DNA of 64,000 bases, taken from positions 1,517-65,516 of the forward strand of contig JBECKY010000077.1 in the NCBI GenBank assembly GCA_040235475.1, written 5' to 3'. Source of the stretch: Pseudomonadales bacterium. GTDB taxonomy: Bacteria > Pseudomonadota > Gammaproteobacteria > Pseudomonadales > UBA3067. Below the pieces are notes generated by a model. The model saw only the letters and a list, made by a program, of their open reading frames with translations, was not told the origin of the DNA and did not search any database. This document shows, piece after piece, positions 19,624-29,490 of the stretch. Every line of letters begins with the position of its first letter. Position 1 is the stretch's first letter. The position numbers and the translations under genes were made by a program.

Positions 19624-20934
19624 CTACCAACTTACGGGGGCGTCACTTTCACCGGGTGTGGAATAGCGTTTATCTTCCATTGCTGGCGATTGAGCATCAG
19701 CACTTGCTCTACGCAATACAACTTTGTCGTTGATCTTATTCAGGTCTCCGCTAATTAAGTTTGCAACTGCGTAGTCAGGCCGCAGATCAATTATTTCTGC
19801 CTGCCCTAGGGACTCACCATCAAGTAATAAAGTTCTGCCAGTATCAGGATCCTTTAGCGTTCTTCCTGGATTATAAATATTGAGCAATGTGCCAATTTGC
19901 AGGGCCTTTGCACCATGGCTGATATAAAGTTGCTGCCCACTTATTGAGACAACTCTAGGTGGGTACAGATGGCTTAGCACCTCACTGCTTATTAAATCCG
20001 ACAAAGCCGTTAGCGTATCGGCCAGATCCAGGTACTTTTCATCATCAGATAATTTTTCTTGTAAGGTTTGCTGCTTTTCTTTGTCAAATTCAAAATCAAT
20101 CGTATTGGCCCAGATTATTTTTTGGGTATAAGTGTCAATAACTTGATAATAAAGCTCAATTCGATCCTTAGCAGTTTCAATTGTAGCATTATAGAATTTT
20201 CTATCTTTTAGCTCAGATTCAAAGCGATAGATAGTTCCCAGCAACATGTAATCAGCCCCGATAACACTGCCTAAATTAGCCGCTTCTGAAGCTGGCACCA
20301 GCTCTGATGAAAGCAGTGCTTTTTCAGAAAAAACTTCAGGCCCAAACTGACGGTTGACGACAGAAATTTTCCCCAGCTGGGAAAAATTTGCACGCAGCTG
20401 ATCGGCCAACCTTTTCGACACCGTAATGGCGGACACTGCTTTTGTTGCACCATCTCCACCATCGATTTGAAAAGCAATTTGCGACACCCTAAAAGGCATC
20501 ACCGCCAGAGTTTTTCTATTGTCTTTTAAACGTTCATCGACAGGTTTAGGTACCAATGCAGAAATTTCTACTACCCAATGCCCGTCTTTTTTATCCTTGC
20601 CAGATGAGATAACACGGTATGATTTTAACCAGCCCTTAACACGGGTAGACACCTGCTCTTCTACACCAATGCTTTGCATTGATGCCAAGGAAGCATCGCC
20701 CTTGACGGTTTGTTGAAATTCAAGCTTAAGAAATTCTTTGGTACTGGTCTGCAAACCCCTAGTCTGAGCCACGGCATCGAGTAGCGCACTGAGCAGTGCC
20801 TCACGGTAGGTATCACCATAACCCGTGGCTTCGACTTTGACGTCAGTGGTTTCGGCATAAACTACGATGCTATTTGCCAGTAACATACTAAGCAACAATC
20901 CAGCGGCTATGAATAATTTTCTGAGCATCGTCAT
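19624..20934 (-). CDS. Secreted multi-domain protein of unknown function with a CsgG/LpoB-like central region
   Basis: 436 aa with a signal peptide (…SIVVYA/ETT). The central KTLAVMPF…LGSVIGADYMLLGTIYRF resembles CsgG/LpoB-type modules. The N- and C-terminal domains are unassigned. Confidence 0.45.
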   Translation of the reverse strand: MTMLRKLFIAAGLLLSMLLANSIVVYAETTDVKVEATGYGDTYREALLSALLDAVAQTRGLQTSTKEFLKLEFQQTVKGDASLASMQSIGVEEQVSTRVKGWLKSYRVISSGKDKKDGHWVVEISALVPKPVDERLKDNRKTLAVMPFRVSQIAFQIDGGDGATKAVSAITVSKRLADQLRANFSQLGKISVVNRQFGPEVFSEKALLSSELVPASEAANLGSVIGADYMLLGTIYRFESELKDRKFYNATIETAKDRIELYYQVIDTYTQKIIWANTIDFEFDKEKQQTLQEKLSDDEKYLDLADTLTALSDLISSEVLSHLYPPRVVSISGQQLYISHGAKALQIGTLLNIYNPGRTLKDPDTGRTLLLDGESLGQAEIIDLRPDYAVANLISGDLNKINDKVVLRRASADAQSPAMEDKRYSTPGESDAPVSW

Positions 20935-20989
20935 TTTCCTTCCTCTTAGCCTTCCTTTTATGATTTTTTATTAGATTGACTGGTTAATT

Positions 20990-21736
20990 TCAATTTACTA
21001 CCCGACTATTGTATTTCAGCAGCGCTGAGACTACACCTTGTTGACTTGCTTTATCTCTGGCTAATAAGTTTAATTGGAAACGGTCACCCTGAACAAGCGG
21101 CCCGACGCCTGCTGGTGTGCCGCTTAAAACCACATCACCTGGTTCAAGCGTAAAATGCTGGGTAATCAACTTGATTAAATCTACTATACCTAGCATCATC
21201 TCGCCAGCAAAACCGTATTGCCTGACTTCGCCATTGATTGTGCACTGCAAACCCAAGTCGTCGGGCTTTACTTCACCTGTATAAAAACGCCCCATCGGGC
21301 AGGCGCCGTCAAAGCCTTTGGCAATTTCCCATGGGTGACCTTTTGCCTTAAGTTGATTTTGCAATTCCCGAAAAGTCAAATCCAGCGCAAGACCATATCC
21401 GGCAATTGCATTTTCTATAGCAGCAGTGGAATGCTGCCCTCCGCCCCGTAGCGAACTGATTAAGCGATGCCCGATCAGCACGCTGATCTCAGTTTCAAAA
21501 TGACATGCTGCTCCTATTCCAGACAAGGTCACCGGCATTTTAAAACCCGGTTCAAGATCCACAACAGCCGTTGCCGGCTTAATAAATAATAAAGGTGTAC
21601 CGGGCACAGTATTGCCAAGTTCTTTGGCGTGTTCGGCATAATTACGGCCAACACAAACAACTTTACCCGGCGTTAAATGTATAATTTCGCCGGTCTGGTC
21701 TTTATACTGAAATACTTCATTGTCAACGCTAGTCAA
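20990..21736 (-). CDS. Fumarylacetoacetate hydrolase-family protein (YcgM/FAHD1-like)
   Basis: The track ORF is 20990..21772. The likely start is the TTG at 21736, which overlaps the upstream stop (TTGACTAG). KVVCVGRNYAEHAKELG and LFIKP match the FAH-family N-terminus. Confidence 0.8.
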   Translation of the reverse strand: MTSVDNEVFQYKDQTGEIIHLTPGKVVCVGRNYAEHAKELGNTVPGTPLLFIKPATAVVDLEPGFKMPVTLSGIGAACHFETEISVLIGHRLISSLRGGGQHSTAAIENAIAGYGLALDLTFRELQNQLKAKGHPWEIAKGFDGACPMGRFYTGEVKPDDLGLQCTINGEVRQYGFAGEMMLGIVDLIKLITQHFTLEPGDVVLSGTPAGVGPLVQGDRFQLNLLARDKASQQGVVSALLKYNSRVVN

Positions 21737-23138
21737 ATATTTTTCCTGGATTAAGGATATTATTAGGATCAAAAACTGATTTTATGGCTTTCATATACTG
21801 AATTTCTTCCGCACTGCGGCTGTAATGCAAATAGTCTTTTTTAAGCAGACCAACGCCATGTTCTGCAGAAATACTACCCTGGTATTTTTCAACAATTTCA
21901 AACACCCAATGACTGACCTCTTCACAACGTCTAAAAAAATCCTCTTTTGCTAGGGATGAAGGTTTTAAAATATTTAAATGCATATTGCCATCACCGATAT
22001 GACCAAACCAGATAATTTCAAAATCCGGATACTTTTCAGCAACCAAAGCATCAACTTCCTCTACAAAAGCTGGCACCTGTGAAATTTTAACGGCTATATC
22101 ATTCTTATAGGGGGTGAATTTTGCAATTGTTTCACTGATATTTTCTCGCAACTGCCACAAATTAGCCGCCTGGGTTTCACTTTGGCTCATCACGCCATCA
22201 ATCACCCAACCTTTTTCCATGCTGTGCTCGAAAAGCTTCATCGCTAAACTATTTGTTTGCTCGGAAATATTCTCAAATTCAAGCAACACAAAAAATGGGG
22301 GCTCTTCTACAAACGGTCTACTGACTTTGCCATCAGCCGTAACATACTTAACAGCCTTATCAGAAAAGTATTCAAATGCGCTTAAATCCATTTCATCCTG
22401 AAAACTTTTCAGCACGTTCATTACTCCTGAAAAATCCGGCAGACCAAGCACCATAACCGATAAATTCTCTGGAGGACGACATAATTTGATGGTCGCTTCC
22501 ACGGTAATACCCAGGGTACCTTCCGAGCCGATAAATAAATGCCGTAAATCATACCCGGTGGCGTTTTTCACCAAACCCTTGTTCAGATTAAGCAGCTCCC
22601 CGGTTCCCGTCACTACCTTAAGACCCGCAACCCATTCACGACTCATGCCATAGCGAATAACCTTGATACCACCGGCATTGGTGGCAATGTTACCGCCAAT
22701 CTGGCTGGAACCGGCAGAGGCAAAATCCACCGGATAAAATAAACCCTGCTCTTCAGCAAAAGCCTGTAGTTGCTCAGTAATAACGCCGGCCTGGCAACTA
22801 ACCGTGCGATCAATGGCGTTGAACTCGCTGATTTTGTTCATCCGATCCATGGCGATCACCACTTCGTGACTGGCAGCAACAGCCCCGCCACTTAAACCTG
22901 TACGCCCCCCCGATGGCACCAGGGCAATTCTGTTTTCATTAGCAAAATTAACTACCTGCCTGACCTGCGCAATAGTTTTAGGCAGCACAACAGCTGTTGG
23001 ATTGGGGGCAAAACGGCGGGTCCAGTCCACTCCATACTGCTCCAGACTTGCCTGATCAGCTTTAACACTGGCTTTATCCAGTAATTTTTCAAGTTGCTGT
23101 ACCAGCTTACCTGAATTCATAGAGGGTGCTTGTATCAT
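21729..23138 (-). CDS. FAD-linked oxidase of the GlcD family, a probable D-2-hydroxyglutarate dehydrogenase
   Basis: 469 aa with an FAD_binding_4 domain (PSGGRTGLSGGAV) and a C-terminal FAD-oxidase domain (SISAEHGVG). It is divergent from serA, as with the SerA-coupled D2HGDH of Pseudomonas. Confidence 0.7.
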   Translation of the reverse strand: MIQAPSMNSGKLVQQLEKLLDKASVKADQASLEQYGVDWTRRFAPNPTAVVLPKTIAQVRQVVNFANENRIALVPSGGRTGLSGGAVAASHEVVIAMDRMNKISEFNAIDRTVSCQAGVITEQLQAFAEEQGLFYPVDFASAGSSQIGGNIATNAGGIKVIRYGMSREWVAGLKVVTGTGELLNLNKGLVKNATGYDLRHLFIGSEGTLGITVEATIKLCRPPENLSVMVLGLPDFSGVMNVLKSFQDEMDLSAFEYFSDKAVKYVTADGKVSRPFVEEPPFFVLLEFENISEQTNSLAMKLFEHSMEKGWVIDGVMSQSETQAANLWQLRENISETIAKFTPYKNDIAVKISQVPAFVEEVDALVAEKYPDFEIIWFGHIGDGNMHLNILKPSSLAKEDFFRRCEEVSHWVFEIVEKYQGSISAEHGVGLLKKDYLHYSRSAEEIQYMKAIKSVFDPNNILNPGKIFD

Positions 23139-23292
23139 TGCTTTTTACTCGTATTAAAGCTTTTGGGCGGCTTAGTGAGCGAGGGTTAATCGCGATTAAA
23201 ATCAAGCCGTTTAAAGATCACTGTGATATTATACCCCACCTTAACCTGGGGAAGCTCTGAATAAGCTCAGTATAAATTTAGACGAATTAGTT

Positions 23293-24522
23293 ATGATTAA
23301 AACCTCTTTAGACAAACAGAAAATACACATCCTTTTACTTGAAGGTGTCCATAAATCCGCGGTAGAGGCCTTCGAAGCCGCTGGTTATTCCAACATTGAA
23401 TACCTGAAAGGCTCCCTCCCAGAAGATCAGCTCAAAGAAAAGGTCTCGCAGGCCCATATTATTGGCATTCGATCCCGCACCCAGCTAACCGCAGAGGTTT
23501 TCCAGCATGCTAACCGCCTAATGGCCGTTGGCTGTTTTTGCATTGGGACCAACCAGGTTGATCTCGGGGCCGCTGTTGAAGCTGGTGTGCCGGTTTTTAA
23601 CGCGCCCTTTTCAAATACCCGCAGTGTCGCTGAACTGGTGCTGGCAGAAGCCATCATCCTGATGCGCGGCATTGCAAAGAAAAACGCCCAGGCCCATCTG
23701 GGCATCTGGAATAAATCAGCTACCGACTCTTATGAAATCCGCGGCAAACAGCTGGGCATTATAGGCTACGGCAGCATCGGTTCTCAACTGAGCGTGCTTG
23801 CTGAAGGCCTTGGTATGAAAGTCTGTTTTTATGATGTTACAACCAAATTACCCCTGGGCAATGCCACACAAATATCAAGCCTGAATGACTTACTGGCATC
23901 CAGCGATATCGTTAGCCTCCATGTGCCCGAAATACCCTCCACCGTGAATATGATTGGCGCAAAGCAGTTAGCCACCATGAAACCAGGCAGCGTTTTAATT
24001 AATGCTTCAAGGGGCACGGTTATCGACATTGATGCCCTGGTTGACTCTCTTAAACAAGGTCACCTGGCGGGCGCTGGCATTGATGTTTTCCCGCTTGAGC
24101 CCCGCTCCAACGATGATGAATTTATTTCACCCTTACGGGAATTTGATAATGTTATCTTAACCCCCCATGTCGGTGGCAGCACGGTTGAGGCCCAGGAAAA
24201 TATTGGCCTTGAAGTAAGCGAAAAACTGATAAGGTACAGCGATAACGGCACCACTATTTCTGCGGTTAATTTTCCTGAAGCATCGCTGCCAACCCATTCC
24301 GGTAATCATCGCCTGCTGCATATTCATAAAAATGTACCCGGCGTTCTTTCGCAAATTAACAATATTTTTTCTGAAAATAAAATTAATATCGCTGCACAAT
24401 ATTTAATGACCAACGAAAAAATTGGTTATGTGGTAATTGATGTGGAAGCCGAATACAGTGATCTGGCTTTACAAAAGTTAAAGAAAATTGAGGGGACTAT
24501 TAAAAGCCGGGTATTATTTTAA
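23293..24522 (+). CDS. serA: D-3-phosphoglycerate dehydrogenase
   Basis: 409 aa with a 2-hydroxyacid dehydrogenase core (GIIGYGSIGSQ), the catalytic R/E/H pattern and a C-terminal ACT domain. Confidence 0.95.
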   Translation: MIKTSLDKQKIHILLLEGVHKSAVEAFEAAGYSNIEYLKGSLPEDQLKEKVSQAHIIGIRSRTQLTAEVFQHANRLMAVGCFCIGTNQVDLGAAVEAGVPVFNAPFSNTRSVAELVLAEAIILMRGIAKKNAQAHLGIWNKSATDSYEIRGKQLGIIGYGSIGSQLSVLAEGLGMKVCFYDVTTKLPLGNATQISSLNDLLASSDIVSLHVPEIPSTVNMIGAKQLATMKPGSVLINASRGTVIDIDALVDSLKQGHLAGAGIDVFPLEPRSNDDEFISPLREFDNVILTPHVGGSTVEAQENIGLEVSEKLIRYSDNGTTISAVNFPEASLPTHSGNHRLLHIHKNVPGVLSQINNIFSENKINIAAQYLMTNEKIGYVVIDVEAEYSDLALQKLKKIEGTIKSRVLF

Positions 24523-24601
24523 TACCTTTATTTCTACATTACTGTAGAACACATAGACAAAATAAATTTCAGCCTGAAAAGGCCCAGCTGATATGTGAAA
24601 A

Positions 24602-26065
24602 ATGTGTATTATGGAATTTACACCTGAAAAAACCTCCAGCAAAACTTATCTTATTTTGCGCTGCCTTTGTCTTATTAGCGCAGTCGTAGTTTTTACTGGC
24701 TGCGCCAGCACCAGTATCTTTATACCTTATCCTGCCCAGGCTTCTGCTTATAAAACGGCTCTTAATACCGCCTCACTTGAAGCCAGTCTCAATAAATTAA
24801 AAAAACACCGAAATAGTGCCGATAAGGTTTTGTATATGATGGAGAGCGGCCGCTTAAATCAGCTGGATAACAATTTTGATGAAAGTTTGAATGATTTCAG
24901 TACGGTGATTGAGAATTTTCAGCTACAAGATGATAAGGCCAAGTTTACTGCTACAGGCTCTGCCAGAATGGGTGCCGCCTTTCTCGCCAATGATAATGCC
25001 ATTCCTTATAAAGGCGAAGGCTACGAAAGGGTTATGGTACATCATTACCAAGCACTGAATTATTTAGCCAAGGGCGATAGGCAAGCCGCTTTGGTCGAAG
25101 TGCGCCGTGCCAACCTTGAGCAAACCCTTGCTCTTGAAAAACACGAACGAGACCTGGCTGATGCCGAAAAGGAAGCCAGCAATAACCGTATCAAGACAAA
25201 CCCCAGCCAATATGACAGTTACTTTTCTACCATGGAGCAAGCAAGCTCACAAGTAAAAAGTTCTTTCCAAAATGCCTATACTTTCTATTTATCAGGCCTG
25301 ATCTATGAAGCTAATGGTGACTATAACGACGCCTACATTGACTACAAAAAAGCCTGGGAAATCTTTCCTGAAAACCCTTATCTGCAGGACGATTTACTGC
25401 GTCTTGCTCGCCAGCTTGGCATGCGCGATGATCTTCAGCGTTTTCAAAAAAGCTTCAAATCAGAACCACTAAAAATTACCAAAAATACCGAAGCTCTGCC
25501 AAGTGCTGATACCGGCACTTTGGTTATTTTTTATGAGCACGGCTTTGTTCCTGAAAAACGCGAAATCTCGGTTCCACTCTTTACCAGTCAAGGCTTGCAA
25601 TCTGTCTCCTTTCCTGTTTATCAACAGCCCTGGTTCCAGCCACGACCACTGAAACTTGTTGTTGGCGATACACGCCTGGAAAGCTCTCCCATTGTTTTCA
25701 CTAGCGCATTGGCAGTCAAAGCCCTACAGGAAAAGCTTCCTGGCATGATCATCAGGCAAACAATTCGTGCCATTGCCAAGAAAGAATTGCAAAATCAAGC
25801 CAATGAAGCAAACGCTCTGTTAAGCTTATCCACACAAATTTATAATCTTGTTTCAGAACGGGCAGATTTAAGAAGCTGGTTAACATTGCCCAATGATGTG
25901 CAAATAGCTCGACTGGCACTTGAAGCAGGCCAAAAGCATGCTATTCAACTTGCACCTGCTTCACAATCTGATAAGGTTGAAATTGATATAAAACCCGGGC
26001 AGATTATTATATTAAAAGTAACAGATACCGGAGATCGGCTGATCAAACAGGTTTTTATACTTTAA
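24602..26065 (+). CDS. TPR-containing lipoprotein (COG3014-like), first gene of the ycfL-lpoB cluster
   Basis: 487 aa with the lipobox VFTGC. TPR-like helical repeats are present in the N-terminal half. Confidence 0.6.
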   Translation: MCIMEFTPEKTSSKTYLILRCLCLISAVVVFTGCASTSIFIPYPAQASAYKTALNTASLEASLNKLKKHRNSADKVLYMMESGRLNQLDNNFDESLNDFSTVIENFQLQDDKAKFTATGSARMGAAFLANDNAIPYKGEGYERVMVHHYQALNYLAKGDRQAALVEVRRANLEQTLALEKHERDLADAEKEASNNRIKTNPSQYDSYFSTMEQASSQVKSSFQNAYTFYLSGLIYEANGDYNDAYIDYKKAWEIFPENPYLQDDLLRLARQLGMRDDLQRFQKSFKSEPLKITKNTEALPSADTGTLVIFYEHGFVPEKREISVPLFTSQGLQSVSFPVYQQPWFQPRPLKLVVGDTRLESSPIVFTSALAVKALQEKLPGMIIRQTIRAIAKKELQNQANEANALLSLSTQIYNLVSERADLRSWLTLPNDVQIARLALEAGQKHAIQLAPASQSDKVEIDIKPGQIIILKVTDTGDRLIKQVFIL

Positions 26066-26248
26066 ATTCCGGAACATTATGCTTGCAGGATACAAAGGCT
26101 GCTGAATTAAGATGGCGCCGTTAAAAAAATTTTTAAACAGGTTTAGACGGTTAACTTGGTTTTATGACCTATTTCTGATATTTCTTGCTTTATTTTGATC
26201 AATACGCTAATAAATTAAACCCATAAAACGACAAAGGGATTCATAGCA

Positions 26249-26659
26249 ATGGTTCACAATCACTTGAATAAATTAGCATTTCTTGCTTTTATTCTTTTTA
26301 TAATGCTGCAGGGCTGCACTTCAGGGATTTCCGGCAGTGTCAGCAAAACCGATGACGGCGAATACACTCAGGTATTGCAGTCCGACAGTAAGCTATTACT
26401 GACTCGCATTGGCATCAGGGAGATCAAGGCAGGGCAAGCAGGAGATTTAATGCGCGCTAACATTGTGCTGCATAACCGCTGGCACTTGACTCTCGACTTT
26501 TCTTATCAGGTTCGCTGGTTTGACCGGGACGGGCTTGAAATAGATCCCGGCTCTTACCCCTGGCATCCTATTGTGATGGCTGGAAAGGCAGACCTTACCG
26601 TGCAATCAACAGCACCCAGAGCGTCAGCCACTCAATTTAAAATTTACGTGAAAGACTAA
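26249..26659 (+). CDS. ycfL: YcfL-family lipoprotein (DUF1425)
   Basis: 136 aa with the lipobox MLQGC. Its size and position directly upstream of lpoB match the E. coli arrangement. Confidence 0.6.
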   Translation: MVHNHLNKLAFLAFILFIMLQGCTSGISGSVSKTDDGEYTQVLQSDSKLLLTRIGIREIKAGQAGDLMRANIVLHNRWHLTLDFSYQVRWFDRDGLEIDPGSYPWHPIVMAGKADLTVQSTAPRASATQFKIYVKD

Positions 26660-26677
26660 ACAAAGGATTAAAACCAG

Positions 26678-27295
26678 ATGAACACAAACAATAACGTACA
26701 CAACAAACTTTTTAAAATTGCATTGCTCGCAGTAACTGTATTATTTATCAGCAATTGCGCCAATAAAGTCAGCTATGGTGATGCCACTGAAACTGAAACC
26801 GTTTCTACCGAATTTGGTTCAACGGATTTGCAGCTTAACGCTGAAAAAATGGTGGATTCATTGCTTAGTTTTCCACCCATTGTTGATATTACTTCAAAAC
26901 GCCGCCCAGTGATGTTTGTTGACAGCGTCAAAAATAAAACCTCCGAACATATTGATACCGAATCTATTACCGACACCATTCAAACCAAGGTCTTAAGGTC
27001 GGGGAAATTCAGGTTTGTTGACATGACCAAGGTAGAAGCGGTACGCAAACAGTTAGACTACCAGCAAAGCAGTGGTTTTGTTAACCAGGAAACAGCTGTA
27101 GCCCTCGGCAGACAAATTGGTGCCGAGTACATGCTGTACGGCAATTTATCCAGCATTGTTAAAAGAGGCGGCAATGTAAAAGACGTTTATTACAAATTCA
27201 CCATGAAGTTAATGCATCTGGAGTCCGGCATTGTTGAATGGCAGGATGAAAAAGAAATTCGCAAGCAGAAAAAGCGTTCGACGTTTGGCTTGTAG
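26678..27295 (+). CDS. lpoB: Penicillin-binding protein activator LpoB
   Basis: 205 aa with the lipobox FISNC. The pattern is LpoB-like (FVDSVKNKT…ITDTIQTKVLRSGKFRFVD…GAEYMLYGNLSSI). Confidence 0.75.
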   Translation: MNTNNNVHNKLFKIALLAVTVLFISNCANKVSYGDATETETVSTEFGSTDLQLNAEKMVDSLLSFPPIVDITSKRRPVMFVDSVKNKTSEHIDTESITDTIQTKVLRSGKFRFVDMTKVEAVRKQLDYQQSSGFVNQETAVALGRQIGAEYMLYGNLSSIVKRGGNVKDVYYKFTMKLMHLESGIVEWQDEKEIRKQKKRSTFGL

Positions 27296-27402
27296 CTTTT
27301 ACGTGGCCAATATAAAAGGATCGGAGAACTTTATGCGCTCAACTTGCGGCAAGGCTTAAAGGCTCAAGTTCACCAAGAGGTTCTGACTACTTTGTAAATC
27401 AT

Positions 27403-28371
27403 CTAGATACAACAGTCTTCAATAAGGGCATGCTCCATAATATCAAACACTTGATTCCTTATGGCAGCACTTTCATTCACCAAATGGTGCTTAGCTTCAG
27501 GGATATAATGCACTTGAGCATTTAGAAATTTTTCTTTAATAAACTTTATATTGGTTTTCCAATCTACCGTTTGGTCTTGTCGCCCCTGAATTATTACTAC
27601 TTTTTCCTCAGTGGCGGGCAGTAATTTTATTTGGCTTTCCCACTTTATCAATTCCCCTACCCATTGTACTGAAAGGTGATTAATCCGCAGTGGGTCTTGA
27701 CTGACAAAATCAATAAAGCTTTGGTCATGAGAACTGCTTGTGGGCTCCCTCTCTACAAATTTTACAAAGGGCCTGGCTAAATAATATCTTAGTTTAGCCA
27801 TTCTCCATCCCCTGGGGCGGTATAGAGGTGCAAGCAATACGATTTTAGTAAACGGGTTATTGTTATTCTCCAGGTGCAGCAGGTAATCCATAACAATGGC
27901 TGCGCCTGTGCTTTGGGCAACTACGTGCCAGGGTTTTTGCAAGGTGTTCTGTGCTGCGGCAAGCACGGCCTCCAGGCTTTTTTTATAATCATTAAAGTCA
28001 TCGACAACGCCTTGCTCGCCCGTGGATAAACCATGGCCAAGTAAGTCCCAGGCGATAACGCTAAAACCCAGGGTAAGTAATTTTTCAATGACATGCCGAT
28101 ACAGTCCCACATGGTCGAAATAACCATGGCAAACAAATACCGTTCCTGCGGCTGGTTTTTTAACATAGCTGTGAACAGCAATTTTTTCTCTGCCGACTTC
28201 TAAAAAACCAAAACCATGTTCTATATCATCGTAACGGGTTTCAAAATCGAGCTGGTAAAAAGCATTGTAATCTGATTCTTGTTTTGAAAATGCAGACGGG
28301 GCGGAAAAATCCATTTCCCGCATGGCATTTTGCAGTTTGCTTTTGTCTATGTTGATAATGCCTGAGGGCAT
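27403..28371 (-). CDS. Alpha/beta-fold hydrolase (lysophospholipase/monoacylglycerol-lipase-like)
   Basis: 322 aa with an HG oxyanion motif (VCHGYFDH), a nucleophile elbow (AQSTG) and a C-terminal His (AKHHL). Confidence 0.7.
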   Translation of the reverse strand: MPSGIINIDKSKLQNAMREMDFSAPSAFSKQESDYNAFYQLDFETRYDDIEHGFGFLEVGREKIAVHSYVKKPAAGTVFVCHGYFDHVGLYRHVIEKLLTLGFSVIAWDLLGHGLSTGEQGVVDDFNDYKKSLEAVLAAAQNTLQKPWHVVAQSTGAAIVMDYLLHLENNNNPFTKIVLLAPLYRPRGWRMAKLRYYLARPFVKFVEREPTSSSHDQSFIDFVSQDPLRINHLSVQWVGELIKWESQIKLLPATEEKVVIIQGRQDQTVDWKTNIKFIKEKFLNAQVHYIPEAKHHLVNESAAIRNQVFDIMEHALIEDCCI

Positions 28372-28384
28372 GTTCTTTCTCTGA

Positions 28385-29449
28385 CTATTTGACCTTAGGG
28401 TTCAGTTCACCCGTTAAATAACGCTCGTACATAACTTCAAGAGAAACCGGCTTTATTTTGCCAGCATTGCCCGCAGTGCCAAAAGCCTCATAACGTTTAA
28501 GGCAAATATCTTTCATGGCCACCATGGTTTGCTTAAGGTATTTACGCGGATCAAATTCGGATTTATTTTCAGCCAAAAACTGGCGAATCGCACCGGTCGA
28601 AGCTAAGCGCAAGTCGGTGTCTATGTTGATTTTTCTAACCCCGTGCTTAATGCCTTCTTGTATTTCTTCAATGGGCACGCCGTAGGTTTCAGGAATTTCG
28701 CCGCCAAATTTATTGATAATCGCCAGCCATTCCTGAGGTACTGAGGAAGATCCGTGCATCACCAGATGGGTGTTGGGGATGCGGGCATTGATTTGTTTGA
28801 TGCGCTCAATCGCCAGAATATCACCTGTGGGCGGACGAGTGAATTTATATGCACCGTGGCTGGTGCCAATGGCAATGGCTAAAGCATCCACCTGGGTTTT
28901 ACTCACAAAGTCTGCAGCTTCATCCGGGTCGGTTAGCATCTGCTCGTGGCTCAGTGTTCCTTCAGCACCAACGCCGTCTTCTTCCCCCGCCTGACCGGAC
29001 TCCAAAGAACCCAGGCAGCCCAGCTCGCCTTCTACGGACACACCGCAAGCGTGGGCCATGTCCACTGTTTGCCGGGTGACTGCCACGTTGTATTCATAGC
29101 TTGCAGGGGTTTTTTGATCTTCTTGCAAAGAGCCGTCCATCATCACCGATGAAAAGCCCAGCTGGATTGATCGCTGGCAAGCGGCAGGTGAGGCGCCGTG
29201 GTCCTGATGCATAACCACAGGTATGTGCGGGAATTCTTCAATGGCTGCAAGAATCATATGGCGTAAAAAATTCGGCCCGGCGTATTTACGTGCCCCCGCC
29301 GATGCCTGGACAATAACCGGGCTGTCGGTCGCATCCGCAGCTTCCATAATGGCGCGCATTTGTTCCAGATTGTTGACATTAAATGCCGGCACACCGTAAG
29401 TATTCTCCGCAGCATGATCAAGCAGTTGTCTCATACTAATAAGAGCCAT
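28385..29449 (-). CDS. fba: Class II fructose-1,6-bisphosphate aldolase (Calvin-cycle/FbaA subtype)
   Basis: 354 aa with MHQDHG, LVMHGSS and the Zn ligands. It sits in the tkt-epd-pgk-fba cluster. Confidence 0.95.
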   Translation of the reverse strand: MALISMRQLLDHAAENTYGVPAFNVNNLEQMRAIMEAADATDSPVIVQASAGARKYAGPNFLRHMILAAIEEFPHIPVVMHQDHGASPAACQRSIQLGFSSVMMDGSLQEDQKTPASYEYNVAVTRQTVDMAHACGVSVEGELGCLGSLESGQAGEEDGVGAEGTLSHEQMLTDPDEAADFVSKTQVDALAIAIGTSHGAYKFTRPPTGDILAIERIKQINARIPNTHLVMHGSSSVPQEWLAIINKFGGEIPETYGVPIEEIQEGIKHGVRKINIDTDLRLASTGAIRQFLAENKSEFDPRKYLKQTMVAMKDICLKRYEAFGTAGNAGKIKPVSLEVMYERYLTGELNPKVK

Positions 29450-29490
29450 GTTGTTCTCCTTCTTTAATTAATAAAAATCTATACAGCGTT

